Source: an uncultured Pseudomonadota bacterium
GTDB taxonomy: Bacteria > Pseudomonadota > Alphaproteobacteria > JACZXZ01
Reading direction: 5' to 3'
NCBI GenBank assembly: GCA_963749075.1
Contig: CAVVLJ010000020.1
Location: 352,001-416,000, forward strand
Length of the DNA: 64,000 nt
Below the pieces are notes generated by a model. That model worked only from the letters and a program-made list of their open reading frames with translations. It was not told where the DNA came from and searched no databases. This document shows positions 19,059 to 29,929 of the stretch, one piece after another. The position numbers and the translations under genes are program-made. How positions within the stretch are numbered: position 1 is the first letter of the stretch; the number at the start of each line of letters is the position of its first letter.

Positions 19059-19928
19059 ATGTTTGCGATTACCGGGATCACCGGTCAGGTCGGCGGTGCC
19101 GCCGCCCGCGCCCTCATCGAGGCAGGCCACGCCGTGCGCGCCGTGCTGCGCGACCGGGCCAAGGCAGCGCCCTGGCAGGCGCTCGGCGCCGAGATCGCCG
19201 TCGCCGAATTCGGCGACGTGGCGGCTCTGACAAAGGCCTTCTCGGGCACCCAAGGGGTGTTCGCGATGGTGCCGCCGAACTTCGCCCCTGACCCTGGTTT
19301 TACCGCTGCCCGCACCGCCGCATCTGCTCACGCCGAAGCGATCGCGCTTGCAGCGCTGCCTAGGGTCGTCGCGCTCTCGTCCATCGGTGGGCATCGCGGA
19401 TCGCGTCTTGGCCTCATCACGCAGCTGCATATCTTCGAGCAGGCGATGAGCAGCCTCGCCGTCCCGAGCGCCGTTCTGCGGCCGGCCTGGTTCATGGAGA
19501 ACTCGCTGTGGGACATCGCACCGGCCCGCGAGACGGGAGAGATGGCGAGCTTCCTTCGGCCGCTCGACCGGCCCTTCCCCATGATCGCGAGCGCCGATAT
19601 CGGCCGGGTCGCCGCCGAGACGCTGCTCGAGAGCTGGAGCGGCCGCCGCGTGCTCGAGATCGAGGGGCCGAAACGCTATTCGCAGAACGAAATCGCGTCC
19701 CTGCTCGGGCTGGCCCTCGGGCGAACCGTGACGGCGAGGCCCGTGCCGCGCGGGGAGTGGGAAGCGCTGTTCCGCTCCCAGGGCACGAGCTCGGCGGCGC
19801 CGCGGATCGCAATGCTCGACGGCTTCAATTCCGGCTGGATCGCGTTCGAGGGCGTCGGCAACGAGCACGTCATCGGCAAGACGCCGTATGAGGCCGTGCT
19901 GGCAGACCTTGTCAAGCGCGTCGGCTAG
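19059..19928 (+). CDS. NmrA family NAD(P)-binding protein
   Basis: AITGITGQVG, LRPAWFMEN, MIASADIG. RBS AAGGAG. Confidence 0.88.
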   Translation: MFAITGITGQVGGAAARALIEAGHAVRAVLRDRAKAAPWQALGAEIAVAEFGDVAALTKAFSGTQGVFAMVPPNFAPDPGFTAARTAASAHAEAIALAALPRVVALSSIGGHRGSRLGLITQLHIFEQAMSSLAVPSAVLRPAWFMENSLWDIAPARETGEMASFLRPLDRPFPMIASADIGRVAAETLLESWSGRRVLEIEGPKRYSQNEIASLLGLALGRTVTARPVPRGEWEALFRSQGTSSAAPRIAMLDGFNSGWIAFEGVGNEHVIGKTPYEAVLADLVKRVG

Positions 19929-19967
19929 GCGATCCTCCGTGGGAGCTGCCTGCGAAAGGACCAAGCT

Positions 19968-20672
19968 ATGCCCATCTCACCCTCAGGCTCGACCGCGCTG
20001 ATCATTGGCGCATCCCGCGGCCTCGGCCTTGCCTTGGCTGAGGAATACGCGAACCGCGGCTGGCGCGTCTTGGCCACCGTGCGCGGCAGCGCCCGGACCG
20101 GCCTCCACGACCTCGCCGGCCGAGCGGGCGGACGGCTCGAGATCGAAACCCTCGACATCGTCGAGCCGGACGAGATCGCCGCCCTCCGCCGCCGTCTCGC
20201 CGGGCGCTCGTTCGATCTCCTCTTCGTCAATGCCGGCGTGGCCAACGACCCCGGCGAGACGATCGGCGAGGTCTCCACCGAGGAGTTCGTGCGCGTGATG
20301 GTGACGAACGCGCTCGGCCCCATGCGCGTCGTCGAGGCTCTGCAAGACCTCGTGCCCCCCGGCGGCACGATCGGCGTGATGTCTTCCGGCCTCGGCAGCG
20401 TGGCCGACAACGAGCACGGCGGCTGGGAGGTCTATCGCGGCAGCAAGGCGGCGCTCAACACGCTGATGCGCAGTTTCGCCGCCCGCCATGCCCGCGATCC
20501 GCGGGCCCTCCTGATCATCGCACCCGGCTGGGTGCGCACGGACATGGGAGGGCCGCAAGCCACGCTCGGCATCGAGGAGAGCATACCGCGCGTGGTCGAC
20601 GCCATCGCCGCCCAGTCGGGCAAGCCCGGTCTTCGCTATCTCGACTATCGCGGCCGCACCGTGCGCTGGTGA
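19968..20672 (+). CDS. short-chain dehydrogenase (CsgA-like)
   Basis: IIGASRGLG, VNAGV, YRGSKAALN, PGWVRTDMGG. Confidence 0.9.
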   Translation: MPISPSGSTALIIGASRGLGLALAEEYANRGWRVLATVRGSARTGLHDLAGRAGGRLEIETLDIVEPDEIAALRRRLAGRSFDLLFVNAGVANDPGETIGEVSTEEFVRVMVTNALGPMRVVEALQDLVPPGGTIGVMSSGLGSVADNEHGGWEVYRGSKAALNTLMRSFAARHARDPRALLIIAPGWVRTDMGGPQATLGIEESIPRVVDAIAAQSGKPGLRYLDYRGRTVRW

Positions 20673-20766
20673 GGGCACGGCCGCACCTCGCCCGCTTGAC
20701 CGCCGCCGCGGGCGGGGCGACATAGCACGGGCGCCACCTCTGCCCGTCACTCTCCCCGGAGGCCTC

Positions 20767-21786
20767 ATGAAAGCCGTAGCCCTCACCCGCTATCTCCCCA
20801 TCGACGACCCCGAGGCGTTCCTCGACGTCGAGATTCCCACGCCCGCGGCAACGGGCCGCGACCTCCTCGTCGAGGTCAAGGCCGTCTCCGTCAATCCGGT
20901 CGATTGCAAGACGCGCGCGCCCAAGGCGCAGGTCGAGACGGTGCCGCGCGTGCTCGGCTGGGACGCCGCGGGCATCGTCAAGGCGGCGGGCGGCGAGGCG
21001 ACGCTCTTCAAGCCGGGCGATGCGGTCTATTACGCCGGCAGCATCACGCGCGCGGGCTGCGACAGCGAGTTCCACCTGGTCGACGAGCGCATCGTCGGGC
21101 GCAAGCCGGCGAACTTGAGCTTTGCCGAGGCGGCGGCACTGCCGCTCACCACCATCACCACCTGGGAGGCGCTCTTCCATCGCCTGGGTGTGCCGCGCAG
21201 CACGGGCGGAGCGGGGTCGGCGACGGTGCTGGTGATCGGCGGCGCCGGCGGCGTCGGCTCGATCGCCATCCAGCTCGCGAAGAGGCTCGCCGGTCTCAAG
21301 GTGATCGCGACCGCCTCGCGGCCGGAGTCGATCCGCTGGGTGCGCGAGCTCGGCGCCGACGCGACCGTCGATCACAGCAAGGACTTGGCTGCCGGCCTCA
21401 AGTCGCTCGGCACGCCCGAGGTCGAGTACGTGCTCTGCTTCAACGATCTCGACCGCCACTTCCCGGCCTTCGCCCAGATCGTCAAGCCGCAGGGGAAGAT
21501 CTGCGCCATCGTGCGCCCGGCGGCCCCGCTCGAGCTCGGCCCGCTCATGGGGAAGAGCATCACCTTCGCGTGGGAGATGATGTTCACGCGCGCCATGTTC
21601 CAGACACCGGACATGACCCTTCAGCACGAGCTCCTCGACGAGGCGGCCGGGCTCATCGAGGCGGGCGTGCTCAAGACCACGCTCTCCCGCAACCTGGGCC
21701 CGCTCAACGCCGCCAACCTCAAACGCGCGCACAAGGCGCTCGAGGAGGGCCACACCATCGGCAAGCTGGTGCTTGAGGGCTTCTGA
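20767..21786 (+). CDS. zinc-binding alcohol dehydrogenase family / quinone oxidoreductase
   Basis: KAVSVNPVD, LGWDAAG, AAALPLTTITTWE, GGAGGVGS, WEMMFTR. Confidence 0.9.
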   Translation: MKAVALTRYLPIDDPEAFLDVEIPTPAATGRDLLVEVKAVSVNPVDCKTRAPKAQVETVPRVLGWDAAGIVKAAGGEATLFKPGDAVYYAGSITRAGCDSEFHLVDERIVGRKPANLSFAEAAALPLTTITTWEALFHRLGVPRSTGGAGSATVLVIGGAGGVGSIAIQLAKRLAGLKVIATASRPESIRWVRELGADATVDHSKDLAAGLKSLGTPEVEYVLCFNDLDRHFPAFAQIVKPQGKICAIVRPAAPLELGPLMGKSITFAWEMMFTRAMFQTPDMTLQHELLDEAAGLIEAGVLKTTLSRNLGPLNAANLKRAHKALEEGHTIGKLVLEGF

Positions 21787-21914
21787 AGCCGCTCGAGCGG
21801 CCGCGGTGCTGCCGCTTCGCCGAGCCTGGACAAAGGCGAAAGGCGCTTTAGAATCGGGCGCTCGCGGTGCCGTGCGCGCGTGCCCCGCGAAGAGAGGGTC
21901 GAGAGGACAGTGCG

Positions 21915-22307
21915 ATGTACCAGGAGACGACGCGCTCGATCAAGGTCAGCGTCGAGCCCATCTTCCTCGAGGACCAGTCGAACCCGAGACAGAACCATTT
22001 CGTCTGGGCCTATCACGTGCGCATCGAGAACCGCGGCGGCGAGACCGTGCAGCTGCGCAACCGCTACTGGCACATCACCGACGGCATCGGCCGGGTGCAG
22101 GAGGTGCGCGGCGCCGGCGTGGTGGGCGAGCAGCCGATCCTGCGTCCGGGCGAGCATTACGAGTACACGAGCGGCACGCCGCTCGCCACCCCGTCCGGGA
22201 TCATGCGCGGGACTTACGAGATGGAGAGCGAGCGGGGCGAGCGCTTCGAGATCGCCGTTCCGGCCTTCTCCCTCGACAGCCCCTATGACAGCGTGCGGCT
22301 CAATTGA
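21915..22307 (+). CDS. apaG: ApaG protein
   Basis: WAYHVRIEN, RYWHITDG, GAGVVGEQP, YTSGTPL, FSLDSP. Confidence 0.93.
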   Translation: MYQETTRSIKVSVEPIFLEDQSNPRQNHFVWAYHVRIENRGGETVQLRNRYWHITDGIGRVQEVRGAGVVGEQPILRPGEHYEYTSGTPLATPSGIMRGTYEMESERGERFEIAVPAFSLDSPYDSVRLN

Positions 22308-22415
22308 GGGGCGACCTCTGCGCTTGACTCGCACTGGGCAAGGCCCAAATTGAAGCTTCCGGGGCGCCGTGCCCGCCTCCCGTGTCAGCAGCGTGAAGCC
22401 GAGAAGGAGACCGCC

Positions 22416-23081
22416 GTGGCGATGAAGCCCGTGACATTCCCGAGCGCCGTGGCGGAGGCCCCCAAGCCCGCCCATGAGGAGGCGGCACCCGAGGAGCCCG
22501 CGCGCGAGGAGGTGGAGCGCGCGATCCGCACGCTCATCGCCTGGGCCGGCGACAACCCCGACCGCGAGGGTCTGCGCGAGACGCCGGCGCGGGTGGCGCG
22601 CGCCTTCAAGGAGTGGTTCTCGGGCTACGGCGAGGACCCTTACGCCTTCCTCAAGGCGACCTTCGAGGAGACCGACGGCTACGACGAGATGGTGGTGCTG
22701 CGCGACATCCGCTTCGAGTCGCACTGCGAGCACCATCTCGCCCCCATCATCGGCAAGGTGCACATCGCCTACCTGCCGTCCCGCCGCGTGGTCGGCATCA
22801 GCAAGCTCGCCCGACTCGTCGAGGTCTATTCGCGGCGCCTGCAGATCCAGGAGAAGCTCACGGCGCAGATCGCCAACACCATCGAGGAGGTGCTCGAGCC
22901 CCTCGGGGTCGCGGTCTGCATCGAGGCCTCGCACCAGTGCATGACGACGCGCGGCATCCACAAGACCGGCGTCACCATGGTGACGAGCCGCATGCTCGGC
23001 CAGTTCCGCAACGATCCCACGACCAGGCGCGAGTTCCTCTCCATGATCGGCAACCCGCGCACCATGCAGGCCGACAGCTGA
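22416..23081 (+). CDS. folE: GTP cyclohydrolase I
   Basis: [40 protein letters not shown]. Confidence 0.95.
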   Translation: MAMKPVTFPSAVAEAPKPAHEEAAPEEPAREEVERAIRTLIAWAGDNPDREGLRETPARVARAFKEWFSGYGEDPYAFLKATFEETDGYDEMVVLRDIRFESHCEHHLAPIIGKVHIAYLPSRRVVGISKLARLVEVYSRRLQIQEKLTAQIANTIEEVLEPLGVAVCIEASHQCMTTRGIHKTGVTMVTSRMLGQFRNDPTTRREFLSMIGNPRTMQADS

Positions 23082-23104
23082 CGGCCCCTCCTCCGGCCGC
23101 CGCC

Positions 23105-24283
23105 ATGACGCGCGAGACGCCGACGCCCGCCGCCATGATCGAGCGCCTCGTCGCCTTCGATACCACCTCGGCCAAGTCCAATCTCGCCCTCATCGCGAGC
23201 GTGGCGGATTATTTGTCCGGCCACGGCATCGCATCGCACCTCACCCATAACGAGGCGCGCACCAAGGCCAACCTCTTCGCGACCGTGGGCCCCGCCGGGT
23301 CCGGCGGCATCGTGCTCTCCGGCCATACCGACGTGGTGCCGGTCGAGGGCCAGGCCTGGGAGAGCGATCCCTTCCGGGTCGTCGAGCGAGGGGGCCGGCT
23401 CTACGGCCGCGGCACGGCGGACATGAAGAGCTTCATCGCGACGGCGTTGGCACTGGTGCCCGAGATGGTCGAGCGCCGCCTGAAGACGCCGATCCATCTC
23501 GCACTCTCCTTCGACGAGGAGGTCGGCTGCCTCGGCGTCGGCCGCCTCATCCGCGGCATCGCGCAAGGGACGGAGCGCCCCAGCCTCGTCATCGTGGGCG
23601 AGCCCACGGGCATGAAGGTGGTGAACGCGCACAAGGGCGTCCTCGTCTGCGAGACCCGTGTCGTCGGCCGCGAGGCCCATTCGAGCGCCACCCACAGCGG
23701 CGCCTCCGCCATCATGGCGGCGGCCGAGCTCATCCAGTTCCTCTCGACCCTTGCCGCCGAGCTTGCCGCGCGCGGCATCAGCCCGGGCTCGGCCGACGGG
23801 GAGTTCGCACCGCCCCACAGCACGGTCAGCGTCGGCACCATCAAGGGCGGCACCGCCGTCAACATCATCCCCAGGGAGTGCTCATTCCTCTGGGAGTGCC
23901 GCCCGCTGCCGGCGAGCGGCGACGGCGAGGAGGTCCTGCGCCGCTTCAACGCCTTCGCCGAGGAGCGCGTGGCGCCGAGCTTGCGCGCGCGGAGTGCAGA
24001 CGGCGGCGTCTCGACGGAGGTGCTCGCGAACGTGCCGGCGCTCGCCCCCGAGCCCGGCTCGCCCGCCGAGGCGCTCGTCCTCGCGCTCACCGGCGAGAAC
24101 GGCACCGGCGTCGTCGCCTACGGCTCCGAGGCCGGGCTCTTCCAGGCGGCCGGCATCCCGGCCGTGCTGTGCGGCCCCGGCGACATCGCGGTGGCGCACC
24201 GGCCGAACGAGTTCATCGAACGCGCGCAGCTCGCCCTCTGCGAGGCCTTCCTCCGCCGCCTCATCGAGCATTGCGCGGGGTGA
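23105..24283 (+). CDS. argE: acetylornithine deacetylase
   Basis: LSGHTDVVP, YGRGTADMK, DEEVGC, VGEPT, AHSS, GPGDIAVAHRPNE. Confidence 0.9.
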   Translation: MTRETPTPAAMIERLVAFDTTSAKSNLALIASVADYLSGHGIASHLTHNEARTKANLFATVGPAGSGGIVLSGHTDVVPVEGQAWESDPFRVVERGGRLYGRGTADMKSFIATALALVPEMVERRLKTPIHLALSFDEEVGCLGVGRLIRGIAQGTERPSLVIVGEPTGMKVVNAHKGVLVCETRVVGREAHSSATHSGASAIMAAAELIQFLSTLAAELAARGISPGSADGEFAPPHSTVSVGTIKGGTAVNIIPRECSFLWECRPLPASGDGEEVLRRFNAFAEERVAPSLRARSADGGVSTEVLANVPALAPEPGSPAEALVLALTGENGTGVVAYGSEAGLFQAAGIPAVLCGPGDIAVAHRPNEFIERAQLALCEAFLRRLIEHCAG

Positions 24284-24300
24284 TGGCGGGAGGCCGCGGC

Positions 24301-24397
24301 GCCGTCCCTCACCCTTCCCATCGCTTCGCGATGGGCCCCTTCCCTCTCCCGCAAGCGGGAGAGGGTGGCGAGCGAAGCGAGCCGGGTGAGGGACGGC
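24301..24397. repeat. palindromic REP-like element, family B
   Basis: 14-bp terminal inverted repeat GCCGTCCCTCACCC/GGGTGAGGGACGGC, with internal hairpins CCCATCGC-TTC-GCGATGGG and CCCTCTCCCGC-AA-GCGGGAGAGGG. Confidence 0.78.
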
Positions 24398-24433
24398 GGC
24401 GCTGCTCTGCACCGCCGCCGAACTGCGGCAGAT

Positions 24434-24471
24434 TTGACATATAGCCGGCACGATGATATGTCGTGACATAT
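24434..24471 (+). promoter_or_regulatory. vapBC promoter/operator
   Basis: TTGACA at 24434. GACATAT/ATATGTC half-sites, including a perfect ATATGTC-GT-GACATAT dyad overlapping the ATG. Confidence 0.6.
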
Positions 24472-24746
24472 GGCAGAGCGAACCACCGTTCGACTTCCCG
24501 AAGACCTTCTCAACCGCGCGAAGCGCAAGGCGGCTGCGGAGGACCGCACCCTTACGTCGCTGATCGCGGACGGGCTGCGCTTGGTCGTAGCCGAAAATCG
24601 GACAGCCACGAAGTCGAAGCGCGTCATGCCTCGGGTGAGCAAGGCCGGCGGCGGCCCGCTGCCCGGGCTCGAGTTAACGTTCTCTATCGCCGCTCCAGGA
24701 GGCGGATGATCTGGACTACGTTCGGCGAATGAAGCATTTCAAGTGA
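24470..24746 (+). CDS. vapB: VapB-type RHH antitoxin with apparent +1 frameshift near 24680
   Basis: RTTVRLPEDLLNRAKRKAA RHH start. The +1 frame continues LQEADDLDYVRRMKHFK and its TGA overlaps the vapC GTG. Confidence 0.78.
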
Positions 24747-25192
24747 TCTTGCCGGACGTGAATGTCCTGATCCATGCCTTTCGCGCGGATTTGCCCCAGC
24801 ATGCGCGCTGCCGCCGATGGCTCCTGGACGTGATATCGGGCGACGCCCGCTTCGGCCTGTCGCCCATGGTCTTGAGCGCCGTCGTTCGCATCGCCACCAA
24901 TGCGCGCGCCTTCAGGACGCCGAGCGCCGTCGAGGAGGCGTTCGGGTTCTGCGGAGACCTCCTCGGGCAACGCCATTGCCAGATCGTGGAGCCCGGCGAG
25001 CGGCACTGGGACATCTTCAGACGCCTCTGCATCGAGACCGACACGCGCGGCTCTCGAACGAGCGATGCCTGGTTTGCAGCGCTTGCCATCGAATGGGGAT
25101 GCGAGTGGATCACGCTCGACCGCGACTATGCGCGGTTCCCGGGACTCGCATGGCGGGTGCCGGCGGCCCGACAGAGCTACTCCGCGAGATAG
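24743..25192 (+). CDS. vapC: VapC PIN-domain toxin
   Basis: ILPDVNVLIHA, DAWFAALAIE, TLDRDYARFPGL. Confidence 0.9.
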   Translation: MILPDVNVLIHAFRADLPQHARCRRWLLDVISGDARFGLSPMVLSAVVRIATNARAFRTPSAVEEAFGFCGDLLGQRHCQIVEPGERHWDIFRRLCIETDTRGSRTSDAWFAALAIEWGCEWITLDRDYARFPGLAWRVPAARQSYSAR

Positions 25193-25743
25193 CGCGACAG
25201 GTAGAAGCGGATCTGCTTGTCGAGCTCGGCATTGAGGTCGAGCATGGCGCCCTGCACGACGAGGTACCAAGCCTGCTTGACCTCGCGGTCGGAGACCTCC
25301 TTGGGTACCGTCTGAGAGTTGGTGGCGTCGGCCGCGGCCTGGGCGTCGATGGCGCCGCGCTCGTTGTGAACCTCGATGCGCACGGCAACGTGCCCGGTAT
25401 AGCGCCGCGCCTGCCGGTTCAGCGGCGGCGTCTCGACGATGCTGGCGTCGGTGACGACGAAGCGGGCGTAGCCGTCGTCGCCGTCCGCCTTCAGGCGGTC
25501 GCGCGCCCAGCCGTCGGCCAACGCCAGCAGGCTGCGCGGCGCCAGGGTCTCGACGTGGGGCGAGATCACGCGCGGCTGGTACTCGTTCGCCACCTCGATC
25601 TTGCCGACGTTGAGCTTGATCGGCGGCAGGTGCGTCCAGGTGAGCTCGGGGAACGGCTCGGGCGGCGGGCTCGAGCCGCAGCCGGCGGCGAGCGCAAGCA
25701 GCACTGCCGTGCCGGCGAGGCGGACGAGCATGCGTGTGGCCAT
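25177..25743 (-). CDS. putative lipoprotein
   Basis: Signal peptide with lipobox LAAGC. GC3-biased frame. Confidence 0.7.
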   Translation of the reverse strand: MATRMLVRLAGTAVLLALAAGCGSSPPPEPFPELTWTHLPPIKLNVGKIEVANEYQPRVISPHVETLAPRSLLALADGWARDRLKADGDDGYARFVVTDASIVETPPLNRQARRYTGHVAVRIEVHNERGAIDAQAAADATNSQTVPKEVSDREVKQAWYLVVQGAMLDLNAELDKQIRFYLSRYLAE

Positions 25744-25839
25744 GGTCCGGCGCTCCCCTCGGATGCAGCCTGATACCCCCGGCTGATACCCCCGGCCGGC
25801 ACCATACCCTCTAGCGGCCCGGCCCCTCAAGCGACCGGC

Positions 25840-26865
25840 TTACGCCGGGGGCGGCGCATCGCCCTTGCGGAGGGCTGCGAGCGCTGCCCGGTCGTAGGCG
25901 TATTCCCGCATGCAGAACTGGCACACCACGCTGACCCGGCCGTCGACCACCATGTCCTCGAGCTCGGCCTCGGAAAGCGAGCGCAGCACCATGATGACGC
26001 GCGCCTCGGAGCAGCGGCAGCCGGCGCGCAAGGGACGCTGGCGGAAGACGCGCACGCCGTCCTCGTGAAAGAGGCGATAGAGCAGGTCGTGCACGCCGAG
26101 GCCGGGGTCGAGGAGCTCGGCGGTGGTGGCGCTCGCCATCATGACGAGGGCGCGGCGCCAGCCCTCCTCGCGGGCCTCCTGGTGCACCTCCTCGGCGAGC
26201 GAGCCCTCCGCCGGCTCGCCCTCGGCCGCCCACCCGGCAGCTTGGCCGCCCGAGAGCGGCACGCGCTGCAGCATGAGGCCGGCGGCGCGCCAGCGGCCCT
26301 GGCCGCCCGCACCGTCGATGCGCCCGACCGCGAGCTTGAAGGCGGCGTCGAGCTGCTCGGATTGGCGGAAGTAGTGGTGCACGCAGTCGACGAGCTCGGC
26401 GCCCGCCAGCTCGACGATGCCCTGGTAGCGCTCGGTATTGACGCCCTGATCGACCGTGAAGGCGAGATAGCCGGCACCGAGGAGGCGGGGCACGGTGCCC
26501 TTGACGCCGTGCCCCGCCTGGTGCCCGCGCGCGGCCTCGGCCAGGCGGTCCTTGTCGAAGCGGGCGTAGGCGCGCACCTCGCCGGTGCTGGTCACATCGG
26601 TCACCAAGAGCCCGACCGGCCCGTCGCCCGAGGTCTGCAGCGTGAAGACTCCGTCGTACTTGAAGACGCCGGCGAGCGTGGCGGTGAGTGCTACGCTCTG
26701 GCCGAGGAGGGCCGCCACCTCCTCGGGATAGGCGTGCCGGGAGAGCACCTCATCGACGAGCGGCCCGAGCCGCACGAGGCGGCCGCGGATGGCCTGCGCC
26801 TCGATCTGGAACGGCTGGACGAGGTCGTCCGCGCGCTCCGCCGCGTCCCGGCCTGGGCCGCGCAC
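25840..26865 (-). CDS. hslO: Hsp33 redox-regulated chaperone
   Basis: IRGRLVRLG, YQGIVEL, YFRQSEQ, CRCS...CQFC zinc motif. Start codon uncertain. Confidence 0.9.
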   Translation of the reverse strand: MRGPGRDAAERADDLVQPFQIEAQAIRGRLVRLGPLVDEVLSRHAYPEEVAALLGQSVALTATLAGVFKYDGVFTLQTSGDGPVGLLVTDVTSTGEVRAYARFDKDRLAEAARGHQAGHGVKGTVPRLLGAGYLAFTVDQGVNTERYQGIVELAGAELVDCVHHYFRQSEQLDAAFKLAVGRIDGAGGQGRWRAAGLMLQRVPLSGGQAAGWAAEGEPAEGSLAEEVHQEAREEGWRRALVMMASATTAELLDPGLGVHDLLYRLFHEDGVRVFRQRPLRAGCRCSEARVIMVLRSLSEAELEDMVVDGRVSVVCQFCMREYAYDRAALAALRKGDAPPPA

Positions 26866-26879
26866 GGCCGGACTGTCGC

Positions 26880-27794
26880 CTACTTGAGACACCAGAGGAG
26901 GATGGCTTGCTGCGCCGGCAGCCGGTTGCCGGCCTCGTCCCACACCACCGACTGGGGACCGTCGATGACCGAGGGCGTCACCTCCTCGCCGCGGTGGGCC
27001 GGCAGGCAATGCATGAAAATGGCATCGCGCTTGGCGAGCTTCATCACCCGGTCGTCCACCCGGTAGGGCGGCAACAGCGCCTTGCGCGTCTCGACCTCCT
27101 CTTCGCCCATGGAGACCCAGGCGTCGGTGACCACGCAGTCCGCTGCGCCCACCGCCTCCTCGAGCTTGTCGGTGACGACGATCTTGGCCCCTTGCTTGAG
27201 CGCCCACTCGACGACCTGGCGCGGCGGCCCGAGCTCGCGCGGGCAGGCGAGCTTGAGGGTGAAGGCGAAGCGCACCGCCGCGTGGATCCACGAGGTCGCC
27301 ATGTTGTTGCCGTCGCCGGCCCAGGCCACCACCTTGCCGGCGATGGGCCCGCGATGCTCCTCGAAGGTCATCACGTCGGCCATGAGCTGGCAGGGGTGCG
27401 TGCGGTCGGTGAGGCCGTTGATGACCGGCACGCTGGCGTGCTCGGCGAGCTCGTGCAGCTTCTCCTCCTTGGTCGTGCGCAGCATGATGACGTCGACGTA
27501 GCGCGAGAGCACGCGCGCGGTGTCGGCGACGCTCTCGCCGCGGCCGAGCTGCATGTCGTTGCGCTCGAGCACCACGACCTCGCCGCCGAGCTTGCGCATG
27601 CCGACCTCGAAGGAGACCCGCGTGCGCGTGGACGGCTTCTCGAACAGCATGGCGAGCGTCTTGCCCTTGAGCGGCGGCACCTCGAGGCCTTCGCCGCGCT
27701 TGAGCGCCTTGCCCAGCTCGATGAGGCGCCTGAGCGTCGCCGCATCGAAGCGGTCGAGGTCGAGAAAGTGGCGCGGTCCGCCGCCAGCACTCAC
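26880..27794 (-). CDS. argF: ornithine carbamoyltransferase
   Basis: [30 protein letters not shown]. Confidence 0.95.
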   Translation of the reverse strand: MSAGGGPRHFLDLDRFDAATLRRLIELGKALKRGEGLEVPPLKGKTLAMLFEKPSTRTRVSFEVGMRKLGGEVVVLERNDMQLGRGESVADTARVLSRYVDVIMLRTTKEEKLHELAEHASVPVINGLTDRTHPCQLMADVMTFEEHRGPIAGKVVAWAGDGNNMATSWIHAAVRFAFTLKLACPRELGPPRQVVEWALKQGAKIVVTDKLEEAVGAADCVVTDAWVSMGEEEVETRKALLPPYRVDDRVMKLAKRDAIFMHCLPAHRGEEVTPSVIDGPQSVVWDEAGNRLPAQQAILLWCLK

Positions 27795-27804
27795 GGCACG
27801 CCGC

Positions 27805-29043
27805 TCATGGTTGAGCTGCCTTGGGCTGGGCCGGCTTGGAGTCCGGCGCCTTGGCGGCGGCGAGCGCCGGTGCCGCGCGCTCGAGGATGGCGAGCGCCTC
27901 GTCGATGTGGCGCTCCTCGATGATGAGCGGCGGCAGGAAGCGCACCACGTTCTCGCCCGAGCCGACGGTCAAGAGGCCGTGGTCGCGCAAGGCGGCCACC
28001 ACGTCGGCGGCGACGATGCCGTCGGCGCATTTGAGGCCGCGCATGAGGCCCATGCCGCGCACCTCGGTGAAGAGGCCGGGATGGGCCTTGACGAGGCCAG
28101 CCAGGCGCTGGCCGAGGCGCTCGCCGCGCAAGACCACCTGTTCGAGGAAGCCGTCCGCCAGCATCACGTCGAGCACCGCGTTCGCCACCGCCATGGCCAG
28201 CGGGTTGCCGCCGAAGGTCGAGCCGTGGGTGCCGGCCGTCATGCCGGCCGCCGCCTTCTCGGTCGCCAGCACAGCGCCGATGGGGAAGCCGCCGCCGAGC
28301 GCCTTGGCGGTCGACAGCACGTCCGGCTTGACGCCGGCCCACTCGTGGGCGAAGAGCTTGCCCGTGCGCCCCATGCCGCACTGCACCTCGTCGAGGAAGA
28401 GGAGGAGGCCGAACTCGTCGCACACGGCGCGTAAGCCCCGCATGAACTCCGGCCTCGCCGCGCGCAGGCCGCCTTCGCCCTGCACCGGCTCGACGAGGAT
28501 GGCGGCGGTCTCGCCGGTAATGGCGTTGCGCACCTCGTTCAGGTTCTCGTAGGCCACGTGGTCGAAGCCCTCGACCGCGGGTGCGAAGCCCTTCAAGTGC
28601 TTCTCCTGGCCGCCGGCCGCGATGGTGGCGAGCGTGCGGCCGTGGAAGCCGTTGTGGAAGCAGATGATGCGGAAGCGCTCGGGATGGCCGGTATCGTCTT
28701 GGTATTTGCGCACGAGCTTGATGCCGCCCTCGAGCGCCTCGGCGCCAGAATTGCAGAAGAACACCGTGTCCGCGAAGCTGTGCGCGACCAGGCGCTCGGC
28801 AAGGCGCTCCTGGCCCGGGATCTGAAAGATGTTCGAGCAATGCCAGAGCTTGCGGCCCTGCTCGGTCAAGGCCTCGACGAGATGCGGGTGGGCGTGCCCG
28901 AGGCCGGTCACCGCGATGCCCGAGGCGAAATCGAGGAAGCGCCGTCCGTCGCTAGCGTAGAGATACGCCCCCTCGCCCCGCTCGAACGCGAGATTGGCCC
29001 GGGCATAGGTCGGCATCACCGCTGGGATCACTTGAGCCTCCAC
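27805..29043 (-). CDS. argD: acetylornithine aminotransferase
   Basis: [47 protein letters not shown]. Upstream of argF. Confidence 0.93.
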   Translation of the reverse strand: MEAQVIPAVMPTYARANLAFERGEGAYLYASDGRRFLDFASGIAVTGLGHAHPHLVEALTEQGRKLWHCSNIFQIPGQERLAERLVAHSFADTVFFCNSGAEALEGGIKLVRKYQDDTGHPERFRIICFHNGFHGRTLATIAAGGQEKHLKGFAPAVEGFDHVAYENLNEVRNAITGETAAILVEPVQGEGGLRAARPEFMRGLRAVCDEFGLLLFLDEVQCGMGRTGKLFAHEWAGVKPDVLSTAKALGGGFPIGAVLATEKAAAGMTAGTHGSTFGGNPLAMAVANAVLDVMLADGFLEQVVLRGERLGQRLAGLVKAHPGLFTEVRGMGLMRGLKCADGIVAADVVAALRDHGLLTVGSGENVVRFLPPLIIEERHIDEALAILERAAPALAAAKAPDSKPAQPKAAQP

Positions 29044-29125
29044 GACATGAGGACGGTTTGCGCGCGCGAAAGGCGGGGAGTATTGGCATTCGCCCGCGGA
29101 GTGTCAATGCGCACTCGTTCGACTC

Positions 29126-29929
29126 CTACGCCTTGAGCTTGTAGCCGGTGGCGAAGGCGCGGTGGCAGGCCCAGGCGAGGGCTGCGTTGGCGGCGATGAG
29201 CACCGCGAGGCCGGCTTGAAGCGAGCCGTCGGCCGCACCGATGAAGGCGTAGCGGAAGCCGTCGATCATGTAGAAGAACGGGTTGAGCCGTGCCAGCTCC
29301 TGCCAGACGCCGGGCAGCCGCCCGATCGAGTAGAAGGTGCCGGAGAGGAAGGTGAGCGGGGTCACCACGAAATTGGTGACGGCCGCGATATGGTCGAAGC
29401 GGTCGGCCCAGATGCCCGCCAGCATGCCGAGGAGCGACATCAGCGTCGCCGCGGCGGCGGCGTGGAAGAGCATGAAGCCCCAGTGCTGCACGTGGAGCGG
29501 CACGAAGGGCGCCACAGCCAGCGCCACCGCGAGGCCAACGGCCAAGCCGCGCACGACGCCGCCGAGTGCGAAGCCGAAGGTGAGCTCGCCCGGGCTCAAG
29601 GGCGGCATCAGCACGTCGACGATGTTGCCCTGCACCTTGGCGATGATGAGGGAGGAGGAGGTGTTGGCGAAGGCATTCTGCGCGATCGCCATGACGATGA
29701 GGCCGGGGACGAGGAATTCCTCGTAAGGCACGCCGCCGATGGTGCGCGTGGCCCCGCCGAGGGCGAGCGCGAAGATGGCGAGGAAGAGGAGCGTCGTCAC
29801 CACCGGCGCCAGGACGGTCTGGGAGGAGACCTTGCCGAAGCGGCGGATCTCCTTGAGGCAGAGAGTGCCGAGGCCGATCCAGTTGACGGCCCCGAAGCGG
29901 CGCGGCTGAGGCGGCGAGAGCTCGGTCAT
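29126..29929 (-). CDS. ABC-2 type permease (YadH family)
   Basis: KEIRRF, FLVPGL, AFANTSSS, TPLTFLSGTFYS, NPFFYMIDGFRY. Confidence 0.88.
   Translation of the reverse strand: MTELSPPQPRRFGAVNWIGLGTLCLKEIRRFGKVSSQTVLAPVVTTLLFLAIFALALGGATRTIGGVPYEEFLVPGLIVMAIAQNAFANTSSSLIIAKVQGNIVDVLMPPLSPGELTFGFALGGVVRGLAVGLAVALAVAPFVPLHVQHWGFMLFHAAAAATLMSLLGMLAGIWADRFDHIAAVTNFVVTPLTFLSGTFYSIGRLPGVWQELARLNPFFYMIDGFRYAFIGAADGSLQAGLAVLIAANAALAWACHRAFATGYKLKA

Noticed and set aside
17928-21800. Prophage or integrative element at tRNA-Leu
   Set aside because: No integrase, phage genes or att duplication were found.
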